A stretch of 64,000 nucleotides of DNA, from assembly GCA_963809385.1 (NCBI GenBank), contig CAWEJL010000005.1, positions 586,232-650,231 on the forward strand, given 5' to 3'. Position 1 is the stretch's first letter. Each line of letters begins with the position of its first letter. Positions 47,644 through 57,652 of the stretch are shown piece after piece. The stretch is from an uncultured Chloroflexia bacterium (GTDB taxonomy: Bacteria > Chloroflexota > Ktedonobacteria > Ktedonobacterales > JADMIN01). A model generated the notes under the pieces. The model saw only the letters and a program-made list of their open reading frames with translations, was not told where the DNA came from and ran no database searches. The translations under genes were made by a program, and so were the position numbers.

Positions 47644-48993
47644 CTAGTCCGCTGTGGGTGGCGCATCCCATGCTACGGGCAGCGCCACCCCTTTACGGTC
47701 CCGTTTATGTTCCCGCACGAAGTGAGCAAGTATCATCAGCGCAGAGGCGAGCGCCAGAAGCGTTACCAGCCCCCAGAAAACCACTATATATCCACCTGTG
47801 GCCTCATAAACCAACCCAGCGCCCAGCGGGGCAAGCGCTCGCGCCAGATAGAGGATGAACGCTACCGACCCATTGATATGACCGTAGTGCGCCGGGCCAT
47901 AATACTCCGCCACGAGCGCGGCGCGCGCTGGCGTGACCGATCCAAAGCCTGCCCCGAACAGGATGATAAAGCCCGCGATGCCGGCGACGCCCGGCGCCAG
48001 CAGCAACAGGAGAAGCCCAATCATCTGCGAGAGGAAGATGCCACTAGCCACAAGGCTGCGCGGGAGCCAGTTCCCCATATGCGTCAGGATAGCCCGGCCG
48101 GGGAGCGCCGCTATCCCGACCATGCCGACGACAGCCGCCGCAGCGCCTGGGGGATAACCACTCGCTGTGAGGTATGGCACGAGATACACGAATATAGCGG
48201 TGACCGTCACGCCACTGCAGAAAAACGCGCCCGTGAGCAGCCAGAACGCCCCGTTGCTCACAGCGGTCCGCAGCGTCACACTCGGCTCGGCGCGTTCGGG
48301 CTCGCGGACCCCCGCCGCGCGCGATTGCTCGCCGTCAGGCGTAAGCCCCAGATCCTCTGGCCGACGCCGCAGTACGAGCGCATGGAGCGGAATCGTAAGA
48401 GCACCCACAATCACGGCCAGGCTTACCAGCGCGTCCCGCCATCCCTGAATCTGAACGAGCCACCCCGCCAATGGCACAAAGATGACGCTCGCAAAACCAG
48501 CGAAAAAGGTAAGCAGCGTCAACGCTTGCCCACGCTTGCGTCGAAACCAGGTAGCGACGACAAAAAACGCTGGCTCATACAGCACCGCGCCCATTGTAAC
48601 GCCAATACCAGCCCAAATGAGATAGAAGTTCGTCAAATCCTGAACACGCGACCAGCCGACCAGAAGCGCGACCGCCGCAACCGATCCAGCGGTCATCACC
48701 AGGCGCGGCCCGTGGTGATCCAGCCAGCGCCCCAACGGCAACCCGATGATGCCGGAGAGAAGTAACGCCAGGGAGAACGCTCCAGAGATGCTGGCGTTCG
48801 ACCACCCCAACGCATCACGCATGGGATTGATGAACACTGTGAAGGAGTAATACAGCGCGCCCCACGACGTAATTTCCGTCACGGACAACGCGATAACGAG
48901 GACCCATCCATAGTACAGTCCTCGCCAGGGCGCGTGCGGCGGCGCTGCCTGTCGCATATTTGCATCGGTTACCCGCTTACCGGTCAATTTCAT
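47644..48993 (-). CDS. MFS transporter
   Basis: Start ATG 48993 (MKLTGKR...). About 12 hydrophobic segments. GLPLGRWLDHHGPR loop. Confidence 0.8.
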   Translation of the reverse strand: MKLTGKRVTDANMRQAAPPHAPWRGLYYGWVLVIALSVTEITSWGALYYSFTVFINPMRDALGWSNASISGAFSLALLLSGIIGLPLGRWLDHHGPRLVMTAGSVAAVALLVGWSRVQDLTNFYLIWAGIGVTMGAVLYEPAFFVVATWFRRKRGQALTLLTFFAGFASVIFVPLAGWLVQIQGWRDALVSLAVIVGALTIPLHALVLRRRPEDLGLTPDGEQSRAAGVREPERAEPSVTLRTAVSNGAFWLLTGAFFCSGVTVTAIFVYLVPYLTASGYPPGAAAAVVGMVGIAALPGRAILTHMGNWLPRSLVASGIFLSQMIGLLLLLLAPGVAGIAGFIILFGAGFGSVTPARAALVAEYYGPAHYGHINGSVAFILYLARALAPLGAGLVYEATGGYIVVFWGLVTLLALASALMILAHFVREHKRDRKGVALPVAWDAPPTAD

Positions 48994-50130
48994 GCAACGC
49001 CCGCTCTTCTGATTCGGACTATACGTGGTAGAAAGTGTAGCATGAATCGCGGGCAAGGCCGCGAACACCTCCGTGGTTGCGGCGACACAAACGAGTGGTA
49101 GCGCTGATATACCAGGAAACCACACCCCACGATGCTATCGCCCACATCCACTCTCCCAGGAAATCCCCCAGATCATGTATATCAGCGGCTGCAGTACTAG
49201 ACGGAAGAATGCGCTTGCTGTATACTTGGCGCACACAAGGCGCATAGCGACAGTAGCCAGGGAAATCGCGGTGAAAACCTTGTTGGCGCGCCTGCTCACG
49301 GCGCGCAGCAAGCATGATGTTATCGAGTTCAACACAGTCATAACACGCGACATTCAGGCCACACTCATCGCCGGACCCACTCACGAGAGTGCTCATATTG
49401 TTCAAGGAGTGATCGGCGATCCGCTCGAGAATACACGCGCGACAACGCTTCAGCGGTGATCCCCGTTCTCCCGGTTTCTGGCGACCGGGCGCATAGTGAG
49501 TTGAAACCAAATTCTGATCTCGCGGAGATGGAAACCCATCTTCCTCACATGAATGCCAAGGCTTCGAACTGTGAGGCCTTGGCGAGCGGACGGTGTTGAG
49601 TAGGTCTGCGCATCGCGGTCTACCCGTACGCGCATGGCGCGGCCGGAGGCGCAGGAGCCTTGCGGCTCGGTGTATCGTCGAGTTGAGTTGGTCGCCTGGG
49701 AGGATCCAGGCGCCGATGCGGCGCCAAGGCCGTAGCGGGGGGAGATTTCCCGTCGTGGTAATCAATAACACCACGGATCGGGATCTCGATAAATCAAATC
49801 ACATCGCTCCCGAGATGAGCGCGAAAAAGTGAGGAGGTGTAAGCCGCAGAACATCGCTGGGAAGGTCTTCGACCTTATCCTGCCCGCATTCTACAGAGCT
49901 TGAGATCGCGGGCGTGAGAATTTATCTTAGTGTGACGTATTCCTGATACCCACGCCATGGTTGATGGCCTGAGACCCCTCACGCATGGAGCCCAAGTGGC
50001 TGTCTGTGAGACAGCGCGTTTGCCCTGGATCGGCGCGGACCAGTGCTGTCCGCTAGGGAAACATTGGATGTGCGCATGGCGCGCTGAACGCCACGCAACC
50101 AGCCATCGCTATGAATGGATAGGGGGCGCA

Positions 50131-51393
50131 ATGTTGCAATCTAGACAACGAAAGTCTCGCGCGTTCATTCCGACGCTCATTGTAGCCGCGCTGGCGACCG
50201 CTACGCTGGCCGCTTGCGGAACCACCAGTGCGAGCTCCACAAGTGGCACGCTCGTCTTTGGCGCTCCGGTCTCGCTGACAGGGAGCCTATCGCATGAAGG
50301 CACAGATACCCTCAACGGGTATAACCTCTGGGCGGATCAGGTAAACGCTAACGGCGGCATCAAAGTCGGCAATACATCGTACCAAGTCAAGATCAAGTAT
50401 TACGACGACGCCAGCAGCTCGCAGAAGAGCGCGCAACTCACTCGCCAGCTCATCACATCCGACAAGGTCAACTTCATGCTTGGCCCCTATGGCTCCGGCG
50501 CGACACTCACTGATGAGGTCATCGCGCAACAGTACCAGGTCCCCATGGTAGAAGGCAACGGCGCCGCGCAAGCGATTTTCTCCAAAGGCAATTCGTACAT
50601 CTTCGGCGTCCTCAGCCCAACGCCAGAATACGCCGGAACGATTCTCCGCGCCGCGCTCGCCCAACCGAACCCACCGAAAACGATCGCCATCATCAACGCC
50701 AACGACGCATTCTCGACTGAGGTGGCGACAGCGGCAAAAGCGTACGCCTCCAGCCATGGCATGACCGTCGTCTACACACAGTCCTATCCCGCGGACACGA
50801 CCGATCTTACGGGCATCCTCACCCAGATCAAGACGTCCGCCAATGGTGGCGCCCCTGACATGGTCCTTGGCTCAGGTCACGAAGACGAAGCGCTCACGAC
50901 CTTGAAACAGGCCAAGCAGCTGGGCGTCAATCCCAAGCTCTGGGCATTTACCGTCGGCCCCGCGCTGCCCGACTTCATCACAACCCTTGGTGGTGACTCG
51001 AATGATGTCCTCGGCAGCTCGCAGTGGACGCCGCAGGTGAAGTATCAGGGAACGGATATCTTCGGCACACCGGCGAATTTCACCCAGCTCTACCAGGCCA
51101 AATTCAGCCAGGCGCCCTCGTACCAGGCGGCTGAGTCAGCGGCCTGCGGCCTGGCCTTCCAGGCCGCCATCGAGAAGGCTGGCTCGATTGATCCACAGAA
51201 GGTTCGTGACGCGTTGGCGGGCCTCAACATCACGACATTCTACGGACCGATCCAGTTCAGCGCGAATGGTGAGAATAACGCGAAACCGATGGTGACGATC
51301 CAGATACAGAATGGGAAGGTCGTCACGGTCTACCCATCTGACGTCGCGAACGCGACGATGACCTATCCCACGCCGCCGTTCGGTCAGCGCTAG
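50131..51393 (+). CDS. ABC transporter substrate-binding lipoprotein, branched-chain amino acid (LivJ/K, Peripla_BP_6) type
   Basis: ATG 50131. Lipobox LAAC. Then GAPVSLTGSLSHEG...YDDASS... typical of the family. Confidence 0.85.
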   Translation: MLQSRQRKSRAFIPTLIVAALATATLAACGTTSASSTSGTLVFGAPVSLTGSLSHEGTDTLNGYNLWADQVNANGGIKVGNTSYQVKIKYYDDASSSQKSAQLTRQLITSDKVNFMLGPYGSGATLTDEVIAQQYQVPMVEGNGAAQAIFSKGNSYIFGVLSPTPEYAGTILRAALAQPNPPKTIAIINANDAFSTEVATAAKAYASSHGMTVVYTQSYPADTTDLTGILTQIKTSANGGAPDMVLGSGHEDEALTTLKQAKQLGVNPKLWAFTVGPALPDFITTLGGDSNDVLGSSQWTPQVKYQGTDIFGTPANFTQLYQAKFSQAPSYQAAESAACGLAFQAAIEKAGSIDPQKVRDALAGLNITTFYGPIQFSANGENNAKPMVTIQIQNGKVVTVYPSDVANATMTYPTPPFGQR

Positions 51394-51496
51394 GCGCCGT
51401 TGGGCAACTTGACGCGTTGTGGCTTCTGTGTGGGCGCCCGCTCTCGCAGGAGCCACATGCGCAACTAACCATCTGGACTGGTCAACGGAGAGCGCT

Positions 51497-52363
51497 ATGG
51501 CGCAGTACATCGTCAACTGGCTCCTGCTCGGGTGTTTCTATACCGCGGTTGGCGTGGGATTCTCGCTGATCTGGGGCATCATGAACATCGTCAACCTGGC
51601 GCAGGGCTCGCTCCTCATTCTCGGCTCATACGCGGCGTACTGGGCATACACAACCCTGCACATCAATCTGTTCGTATGCATCATCGTCGCGATGGCGGCG
51701 CTGTTCTGCATTGGCTGGATCATCCAGTACGTGGCGATCAACCGGGTCATTCGCGCGCCTTTTCTGGTGACGTTCATGCTCACCTTCGGATTGGATCTGC
51801 TGATCGGCAACTTGCTCCAACTGAAGTTCACCGCAGACTATCGCGCCATCAGCACTCCGCTCTCCGATGTGGGTATCACCATCGCGGGAGCGCGTATCCC
51901 TTTACTCAACACATTAGTCGCGCTGATCGCTATCGCGCTCACCGCCGGGCTCAGCTTCTTCCTTACACGAACACGCATGGGCAACGCGATTCTGGCCGTG
52001 GGGATGGATCGTGACGCCGCTCGATTAATGGGCATTAGCATCGCAAATATCTACGCGCTGACCTTCGCTATTGGCGCGGCCCTGGCGGGCGCAGCGGGAG
52101 CGATGCTGGCGATGACCCTGCAGTTCAGCCCGCTCTCCACGGGTCAGTACACACTGTTCGCATTCGTCATTGTGGCGCTCGGAGGCCTTGGAACTCCGTG
52201 GGCAGCGCTTGCGGGGGGCATGGCCTTCGCATTCGCGGAAGTGTTCGCGCCGCTGATTCCAAGCGTCGGTTATGGCCTGGACACAGCCATTGCATTCGCA
52301 CTGCTTGTGCTGGTCCTGATCCTGCGCCCGAATGGCTTGCTTGGCAAGCCGTTCTACTCGTGA
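51497..52363 (+). CDS. branched-chain amino acid ABC transporter permease (LivH-like)
   Basis: ATG 51497. LLGCFYTAVGVGFSLIWGIMNIVNLAQG... is typical of LivH. Confidence 0.85.
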   Translation: MAQYIVNWLLLGCFYTAVGVGFSLIWGIMNIVNLAQGSLLILGSYAAYWAYTTLHINLFVCIIVAMAALFCIGWIIQYVAINRVIRAPFLVTFMLTFGLDLLIGNLLQLKFTADYRAISTPLSDVGITIAGARIPLLNTLVALIAIALTAGLSFFLTRTRMGNAILAVGMDRDAARLMGISIANIYALTFAIGAALAGAAGAMLAMTLQFSPLSTGQYTLFAFVIVALGGLGTPWAALAGGMAFAFAEVFAPLIPSVGYGLDTAIAFALLVLVLILRPNGLLGKPFYS

Positions 52364-52377
52364 GAGGAGCAACGCGC

Positions 52378-53451
52378 ATGGCAATAGTGGAATCGGCTGA
52401 TGAACTCCAGGCCGCCCACGCCTCCGCGCCCGCCTCTCAAGAATGGCGGTGGTCACTGGGCATTGGCGTGGGCATCCTGGCTCTGATCGCGCTGGTTCCG
52501 CTGATGGGGGATCAGTCAGCGCTGAGTCTTTGGACCTTCATCGTCATGTACATCGTGCTCGCGCAAGCGTGGAACCTCATCGGCGGATTCGCGGGGTACG
52601 CCGCATTCGGCAATGTCGCGTTCTTCGGCATTGGAGCCTACTCGGTGGCGATCATCCTGCAGGATGGCCGTCCTTACTGGCTGGGGATGGCCCTGGCCGC
52701 GGTGCTCGCCCCTCTCTTCGCGCTCCTCCTTGGATTGCCGGTGTTGCGGCTGCGCGGCCACTACTTCGCTATTGCGACACTTGGCGTGGCTGTGGCGCTG
52801 GGTGAGTTCGTCGCTTCGAAAAACGTCGGCGCGACTGCGGGCGAAATCTCACTTAATCCGCCGCCCATCAATTATCAGATCTCGAACAACCTCTTCTTTT
52901 ATGGCTTTCTGGGACTGGCGCTGGTGACCCTGCTCGGAACGGTCTGGATGTCGCGCTCACGTATGGGATACGCGCTGGTAGCCATTCGTGAGAATGAGCT
53001 GGCGGCGGAGGCGCTCGGCATCCCCACGTATTGGTACAAGGTCAGCGCATTCGTCCTGAGCGCGCTGCCGACTGCGCTTGCTGGCGGGCTCTTCGCGTAC
53101 TGGCAGTTGGCGTTTGACCCAACTGGCGAGGGTGGAGCGTTCGATGTCAACATCTCGGTAACGATGATTCTGATGGCCGTGCTTGGTGGGGCAGGTACTA
53201 TCCTGGGTCCGATGCTTGGCGCCATTATCATCGAATACCTCGACCAATATACACTGGTCGCCTTTCCCGCGTTCCACGGTCCGCTCCTGGGCGCCATGAT
53301 CGTCCTGGTGGCAATCTTCCTGCCGCAAGGACTGATTCGCCTGGTCCGTGAGCTTCTACGCTCACCAGAGGGTGTCAAGCTGAGTTACACCACACGTTTG
53401 AAGCAGGGGGTGCGGCGTGTCACACGCTTCATCGCGTCCAATGGCGTCTGA
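52378..53451 (+). CDS. branched-chain amino acid ABC transporter permease (LivM-like)
   Basis: ATG 52378 with GAGGAG upstream. LAQAWNLIGGFAGYAAFGNVAFFGIGAY and LRGHYFAIATLG. Confidence 0.85.
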   Translation: MAIVESADELQAAHASAPASQEWRWSLGIGVGILALIALVPLMGDQSALSLWTFIVMYIVLAQAWNLIGGFAGYAAFGNVAFFGIGAYSVAIILQDGRPYWLGMALAAVLAPLFALLLGLPVLRLRGHYFAIATLGVAVALGEFVASKNVGATAGEISLNPPPINYQISNNLFFYGFLGLALVTLLGTVWMSRSRMGYALVAIRENELAAEALGIPTYWYKVSAFVLSALPTALAGGLFAYWQLAFDPTGEGGAFDVNISVTMILMAVLGGAGTILGPMLGAIIIEYLDQYTLVAFPAFHGPLLGAMIVLVAIFLPQGLIRLVRELLRSPEGVKLSYTTRLKQGVRRVTRFIASNGV

Positions 53452-54274
53452 GTCCGCGGCGAGCGGGACCGCGCCGCTGCTCGAGCTGGAGCACATGACG
53501 AAACGCTATGGCGGCTTGCCTGCGGTTGATGATCTCAGCTTCGGCGTGCGACCGGGCGAGACGCTCGGGGTGATCGGGCCGAACGGCGCGGGCAAATCCA
53601 CAGTGATCGGCCTCGTGGGTGGCGCGATTGCGCCTACCTCGGGGGGCATCCGCTTTCAGGGTCAGGACATCACGAAACTGTCGCCACACCAGCGCGCGCA
53701 TCTCGGTATCGCGCGCACGTTCCAGATCGCCCAGCCGTTCGCGGGCCTGAATATTCACGAGAACGTCATCATTGGCGCGCTCTTTGGTGGCCGCGCGCAC
53801 GGCCGCGCCGAAGCGACCCGCATCGCTGACGAGGTGCTCGAGCGCACCAGGCTGACATCCAAAGCGCGCCTGAAAGGCGATGAGCTCACTGTCGCTGACC
53901 GCAAACGGCTGGAAATGGCGCGCGCGCTCGCGCTGCGACCGCGGCTACTCCTGCTGGATGAGGTTATGGCGGGGCTAACGCCAGCCGAAGTGGAGCAGGC
54001 CGTCCAGTTGATCCGCGAGATCAATCAGAGCGGAGTCACGCTGGTGGTCGTCGAGCACATCATGAAAGCAATCCGTGGTGTGTCAGATCGCGTGCTGGTC
54101 ATCCACTTTGGCAAGCGCATCGCCGAGGGAACGCCTCAGGAGGTACTCGCGGACCCGAAGGTCATCGAAGCCTATCTCGGTGAGCGCTACGCCAAAGGGG
54201 GTCAGGCGTTCCAACAACCGGCGCCCAATGCGAGCGATTCAGCGCTTACGGACAGAGGAGAGAGCGACGTATGA
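53441..54274 (+). CDS. ABC transporter ATP-binding protein (LivG-like)
   Basis: Walker A GPNGAGKST, plus Walker B LLLLDE. Overlaps the permease stop. Confidence 0.9.
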   Translation: MASESAASGTAPLLELEHMTKRYGGLPAVDDLSFGVRPGETLGVIGPNGAGKSTVIGLVGGAIAPTSGGIRFQGQDITKLSPHQRAHLGIARTFQIAQPFAGLNIHENVIIGALFGGRAHGRAEATRIADEVLERTRLTSKARLKGDELTVADRKRLEMARALALRPRLLLLDEVMAGLTPAEVEQAVQLIREINQSGVTLVVVEHIMKAIRGVSDRVLVIHFGKRIAEGTPQEVLADPKVIEAYLGERYAKGGQAFQQPAPNASDSALTDRGESDV

Positions 54275-55050
54275 GCCAGCCACCTCAAAGCGCGATGACC
54301 AACGCCTCCGAGACATCCGCCGGCGTACCGCAAACGCTGCTCAGCGTTCGAGACATGAACGTTGGCTATGGCGATACACAGGTGCTTTGGGACGTCTCGA
54401 TGGAGTTGCGCCGTGGAGAGGTGGTGGCGCTGGTCGGAGCCAATGGCGCCGGCAAGTCCACCTTGCTCTCAGCGCTCTCCGGGCTCCTACGGGTGTGGTC
54501 AGGTCACATTGATCTCGCCGGGCGCGACATCACCCGGGCGCCAGCCGAGCGCATTGTGCGGCTGGGCATGGCGCATGTGCCGCAGGGGCGCAGGCTCTTC
54601 AGCGGCCTGAGTGTCGAAGAGAATCTGCGCCTGGGCGCCTACACCAGACGCGCTGGCTCTTCAGCGGCGATCGCCACTGATCTCGATCGCGTCTACACCT
54701 TGCTTCCGAAGTTGCGCGAGCGGCGCACGCAGCTTGCGGGTCTGCTCTCAGGCGGCGAGCAGCAGATGGTGGCGATCGGACGTGGTCTCATGACCCGGCC
54801 GGAAGTTCTTCTCATAGATGAGCTTTCGCTTGGACTGGCGCCGACGATTGTGGATGACTTGCTGGCGGCTATTGACTCTATTCACCGGGAAGAAGGGTTA
54901 GCCTTCCTGTTGGTTGAGCAGGATGTGCAGATTGCGCTCGAGCGCGCTGATCGCGGCTACGTCCTGGAGAATGGTCGAATCGCGCTGAGTGGTCCAGCGT
55001 CAGATCTCCTGCGCAGTGAGGCCGTGCGGACCGCGTATCTGGGCATCTAA
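54271..55050 (+). CDS. ABC transporter ATP-binding protein (LivF-like)
   Basis: Walker A GANGAGKST, signature LSGGEQQ, Walker B VLLIDE. ATGA overlap with the preceding gene. Confidence 0.9.
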   Translation: MSQPPQSAMTNASETSAGVPQTLLSVRDMNVGYGDTQVLWDVSMELRRGEVVALVGANGAGKSTLLSALSGLLRVWSGHIDLAGRDITRAPAERIVRLGMAHVPQGRRLFSGLSVEENLRLGAYTRRAGSSAAIATDLDRVYTLLPKLRERRTQLAGLLSGGEQQMVAIGRGLMTRPEVLLIDELSLGLAPTIVDDLLAAIDSIHREEGLAFLLVEQDVQIALERADRGYVLENGRIALSGPASDLLRSEAVRTAYLGI

Positions 55051-55155
55051 GCCCGAGGTGAGCAGCCGCAAGACTGTTCCGTAAAACACCAGCGGTGTTT
55101 CTGTGCATGGTTGGCGTCGCGCCAGCGCAGGGCGAGCGGGAGAGAGCCAGCAGCC

Positions 55156-56451
55156 ATGGATGCGCATAACAACGTTGAGCCGCGCATGACAGGGTCGCTT
55201 TCTCAAACGAGCGCGTCTCCAGAGCGCGCCGAGCGGCTCGACGGAGCCCGGGTGCGTGGCCTCATCGCCACCAACATCGGGGCGTCGGTGGCTTTCGCGG
55301 CCATGTACTCGACTCAGCCCGTGTTGCCCCAGATCGGGCGTGACTTTCACGTAGACGCGGCAACCGCAGGTCTGACGCTGCTCGCCGTCACCTTCGCGCT
55401 GGCATTCGCCTCACTTGGCGCTGGCCGTATCTCTGATCACTTCGGCAGCAGGCGCGTGATGCTCGTCTGCCTCGTCGCGCTGACGGCGCTGAGCACGCTC
55501 GCGTCCGTCGCGCCTACATTCGGGCTACTCGTCGCCTTACGCGCGGCGCAGGGGCTGGTCATTCCGGGGATCACGGTTTCCGGCCTGGCCTATCTGCATA
55601 ACGACCTACCGGCTAGTTGGCGTGGGCGAGCCAGTGGTTTCTACATTGGAACGAACACGATTGGCGGGCTTGTTGGAAGGCTTTGTGTAGGCCTGCTGGT
55701 TGTCACGATCACCTGGCGTGGCGGGCTTGCTATGATCGCCGGTATGGTCGCGCTGGGCGCGCTCATCCTCATCTTTGGCATGCCGCGAACCGCGCCCACC
55801 GCGCAGGCCATCGCGCAACCTGAGGCGTCGCCTACTGACCCATCGCTCTGGAGTATCGTGGCTCGCCTGTGGTGGGCGCCGCTCATTGGCGCTACGGTCT
55901 TTTTCCCATTTATCACCATCTTCACCTACACCCCCTATCGCCTTGAGGGAGCGCCATTCTTCCTCTCGCCCAGTAACGCGAACCTCTTCTACCTCGTGTA
56001 CGTCCTCGGCGCAATCGCATCACTCGCCGCGGGGCAGATTTCGGATCGCATCGGCCGGCGCACGACGATCTACCTCGGCCTGGCTATCTGCGCTCTTGGC
56101 CTCGTCCTGAGCCTGATCAATCTTCTCCCAATGGCGTTGCTGGCGCTGGCGCTCGTGTGCGCGGGTGGTCTCTCGGCGCATGTTGTCGCCAACGCCTCGG
56201 TGAGTGATGGCGCTAATCCCCTGGGAGCCGGAGCCCGGGCGACCGCTCTCTCGCTCTATACCATGGGGTTCTACCTTGGGGGTGGGCTAGGCGCGTTTAT
56301 TCCAGGCTTTGGTTGGGAGCATTGGGGCTGGCCAGGGGTCATTGCGCCGTGTGCGGTTGCGCTTGTCCTCGCCAGTCTTTTCGCGCTAAAAACCCCGTTG
56401 CGCCCGCAAGGACAGGCGGCGCCTGGCATGGAGCCAGCAGCGGCTCCCTAA
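55156..56451 (+). CDS. MFS transporter
   Basis: ATG 55156 (the track start 55111 is TTG). About 12 hydrophobic segments. GRISDHFGSRR loop. Confidence 0.8.
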   Translation: MDAHNNVEPRMTGSLSQTSASPERAERLDGARVRGLIATNIGASVAFAAMYSTQPVLPQIGRDFHVDAATAGLTLLAVTFALAFASLGAGRISDHFGSRRVMLVCLVALTALSTLASVAPTFGLLVALRAAQGLVIPGITVSGLAYLHNDLPASWRGRASGFYIGTNTIGGLVGRLCVGLLVVTITWRGGLAMIAGMVALGALILIFGMPRTAPTAQAIAQPEASPTDPSLWSIVARLWWAPLIGATVFFPFITIFTYTPYRLEGAPFFLSPSNANLFYLVYVLGAIASLAAGQISDRIGRRTTIYLGLAICALGLVLSLINLLPMALLALALVCAGGLSAHVVANASVSDGANPLGAGARATALSLYTMGFYLGGGLGAFIPGFGWEHWGWPGVIAPCAVALVLASLFALKTPLRPQGQAAPGMEPAAAP

Positions 56452-56473
56452 CCCGCTGGCGCCATCCGCCGCG

Positions 56474-57652
56474 CTAGATCGCACCCTCCGCTTGGAACTG
56501 GCTGATCCGCTCCGCGCTGTAGCCCAGCGCCGTCAGAATCGCTTCTGTATGCTCACCCACCGCTGGGATGGGGTCCATGCGCGGCTCCACGCCGCGCTGC
56601 GTGACCGGCGGCGTCAGCGCGCGCAGCGGGCCGACTGGCGACCCAACCTCGCGCCAGCGTCCACGGGCGGCAAGTTGGGGATGCTCCCAGAACTCATGCA
56701 TCGTGTTCATCCGAGCGTTGGCGATCTGCGCCTGATCGAGCCGGGCGACCACTTCATCCACCGTCAGACGGCTCATGACCTCATTGATGATGGCATGCAG
56801 CGCATCGCGGTTGGCCACTCGCCGCGCGTTCGTCTGGAAGCGCGCGTCAGCCGCAACGTCCGGGCGCTCGAGCGTCTGGACACAGAAGCGCTCCCACTCC
56901 CGCTCATTCTGAACAGCGAGATTGATCTCGTGTCCATCGGCGCAGCGGAAGGGGCCATAGGGAGCGATGGTCGCATGGCTGGCTCCGGCGCGCGGCGGCT
57001 CGTGGCCGCCATATACGGCGTAGTAGGCGGGATGACTCATCCACTCGCCCAGCGCCTCGAACAGCGAGACTTCCAGCGCAGCGCCCTCACCTGTGCGCTC
57101 TCGCTGGTAGAGCGCCGACAGGATACCACTATAAGCGTACATCCCCGCCGCGGTGTCGGCGGCGGAGATTCCCACCTTGGACGGTGTTTCCGGGGAGCCT
57201 GTGATCGAGACGAGTCCTGTCTCGCATTGGACGAGCAGGTCGTACGCCTTCTTGTCACGGTACGGGCCACTGGAGCCGTAACCAGAAATCGCGCAGATGA
57301 TGAGGCGCGGATAGCGCGCCGAAAGCTCATCGGCGCCCAGGCCCAACCGCTCCACCGCTCCAGGCGCGAGGTTCTGAATAAAGACATCGGCCTCCGCGAG
57401 TAGGCCGTGGATGATAGCGCCCGCTTCAGGATGCTTGAGGTCGAGGGTGAGGCTTTCCTTGGAGCGGTTGAGCCAGACAAAGTAACTGGCCATGCCGCGT
57501 ACCGTCTCGTCATAGTGGCGTGCGAAATCGCCTACGCCAGGTCGCTCGACCTTGATCACCCGCGCCCCCAGATCTGCGAGCTGGCGCGTCGCGAAGGGCG
57601 CGGCAACCGCCTGCTCTAGGGCGACAACGGTGATTCCCGCTAGTGGCAGCAT
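56474..57652 (-). CDS. family III CoA transferase (CaiB/BaiF)
   Basis: 392 aa. GITVVALEQAVAAPFATRQLADLGARVIKVERP. Confidence 0.9.
   Translation of the reverse strand: MLPLAGITVVALEQAVAAPFATRQLADLGARVIKVERPGVGDFARHYDETVRGMASYFVWLNRSKESLTLDLKHPEAGAIIHGLLAEADVFIQNLAPGAVERLGLGADELSARYPRLIICAISGYGSSGPYRDKKAYDLLVQCETGLVSITGSPETPSKVGISAADTAAGMYAYSGILSALYQRERTGEGAALEVSLFEALGEWMSHPAYYAVYGGHEPPRAGASHATIAPYGPFRCADGHEINLAVQNEREWERFCVQTLERPDVAADARFQTNARRVANRDALHAIINEVMSRLTVDEVVARLDQAQIANARMNTMHEFWEHPQLAARGRWREVGSPVGPLRALTPPVTQRGVEPRMDPIPAVGEHTEAILTALGYSAERISQFQAEGAI

Noticed and set aside
47518-48765. 415-aa plus-strand ORF opposite the MFS transporter
   Set aside because: It is Arg/Gln/Pro/Asp-rich and antisense to a clear 12-TM transporter.
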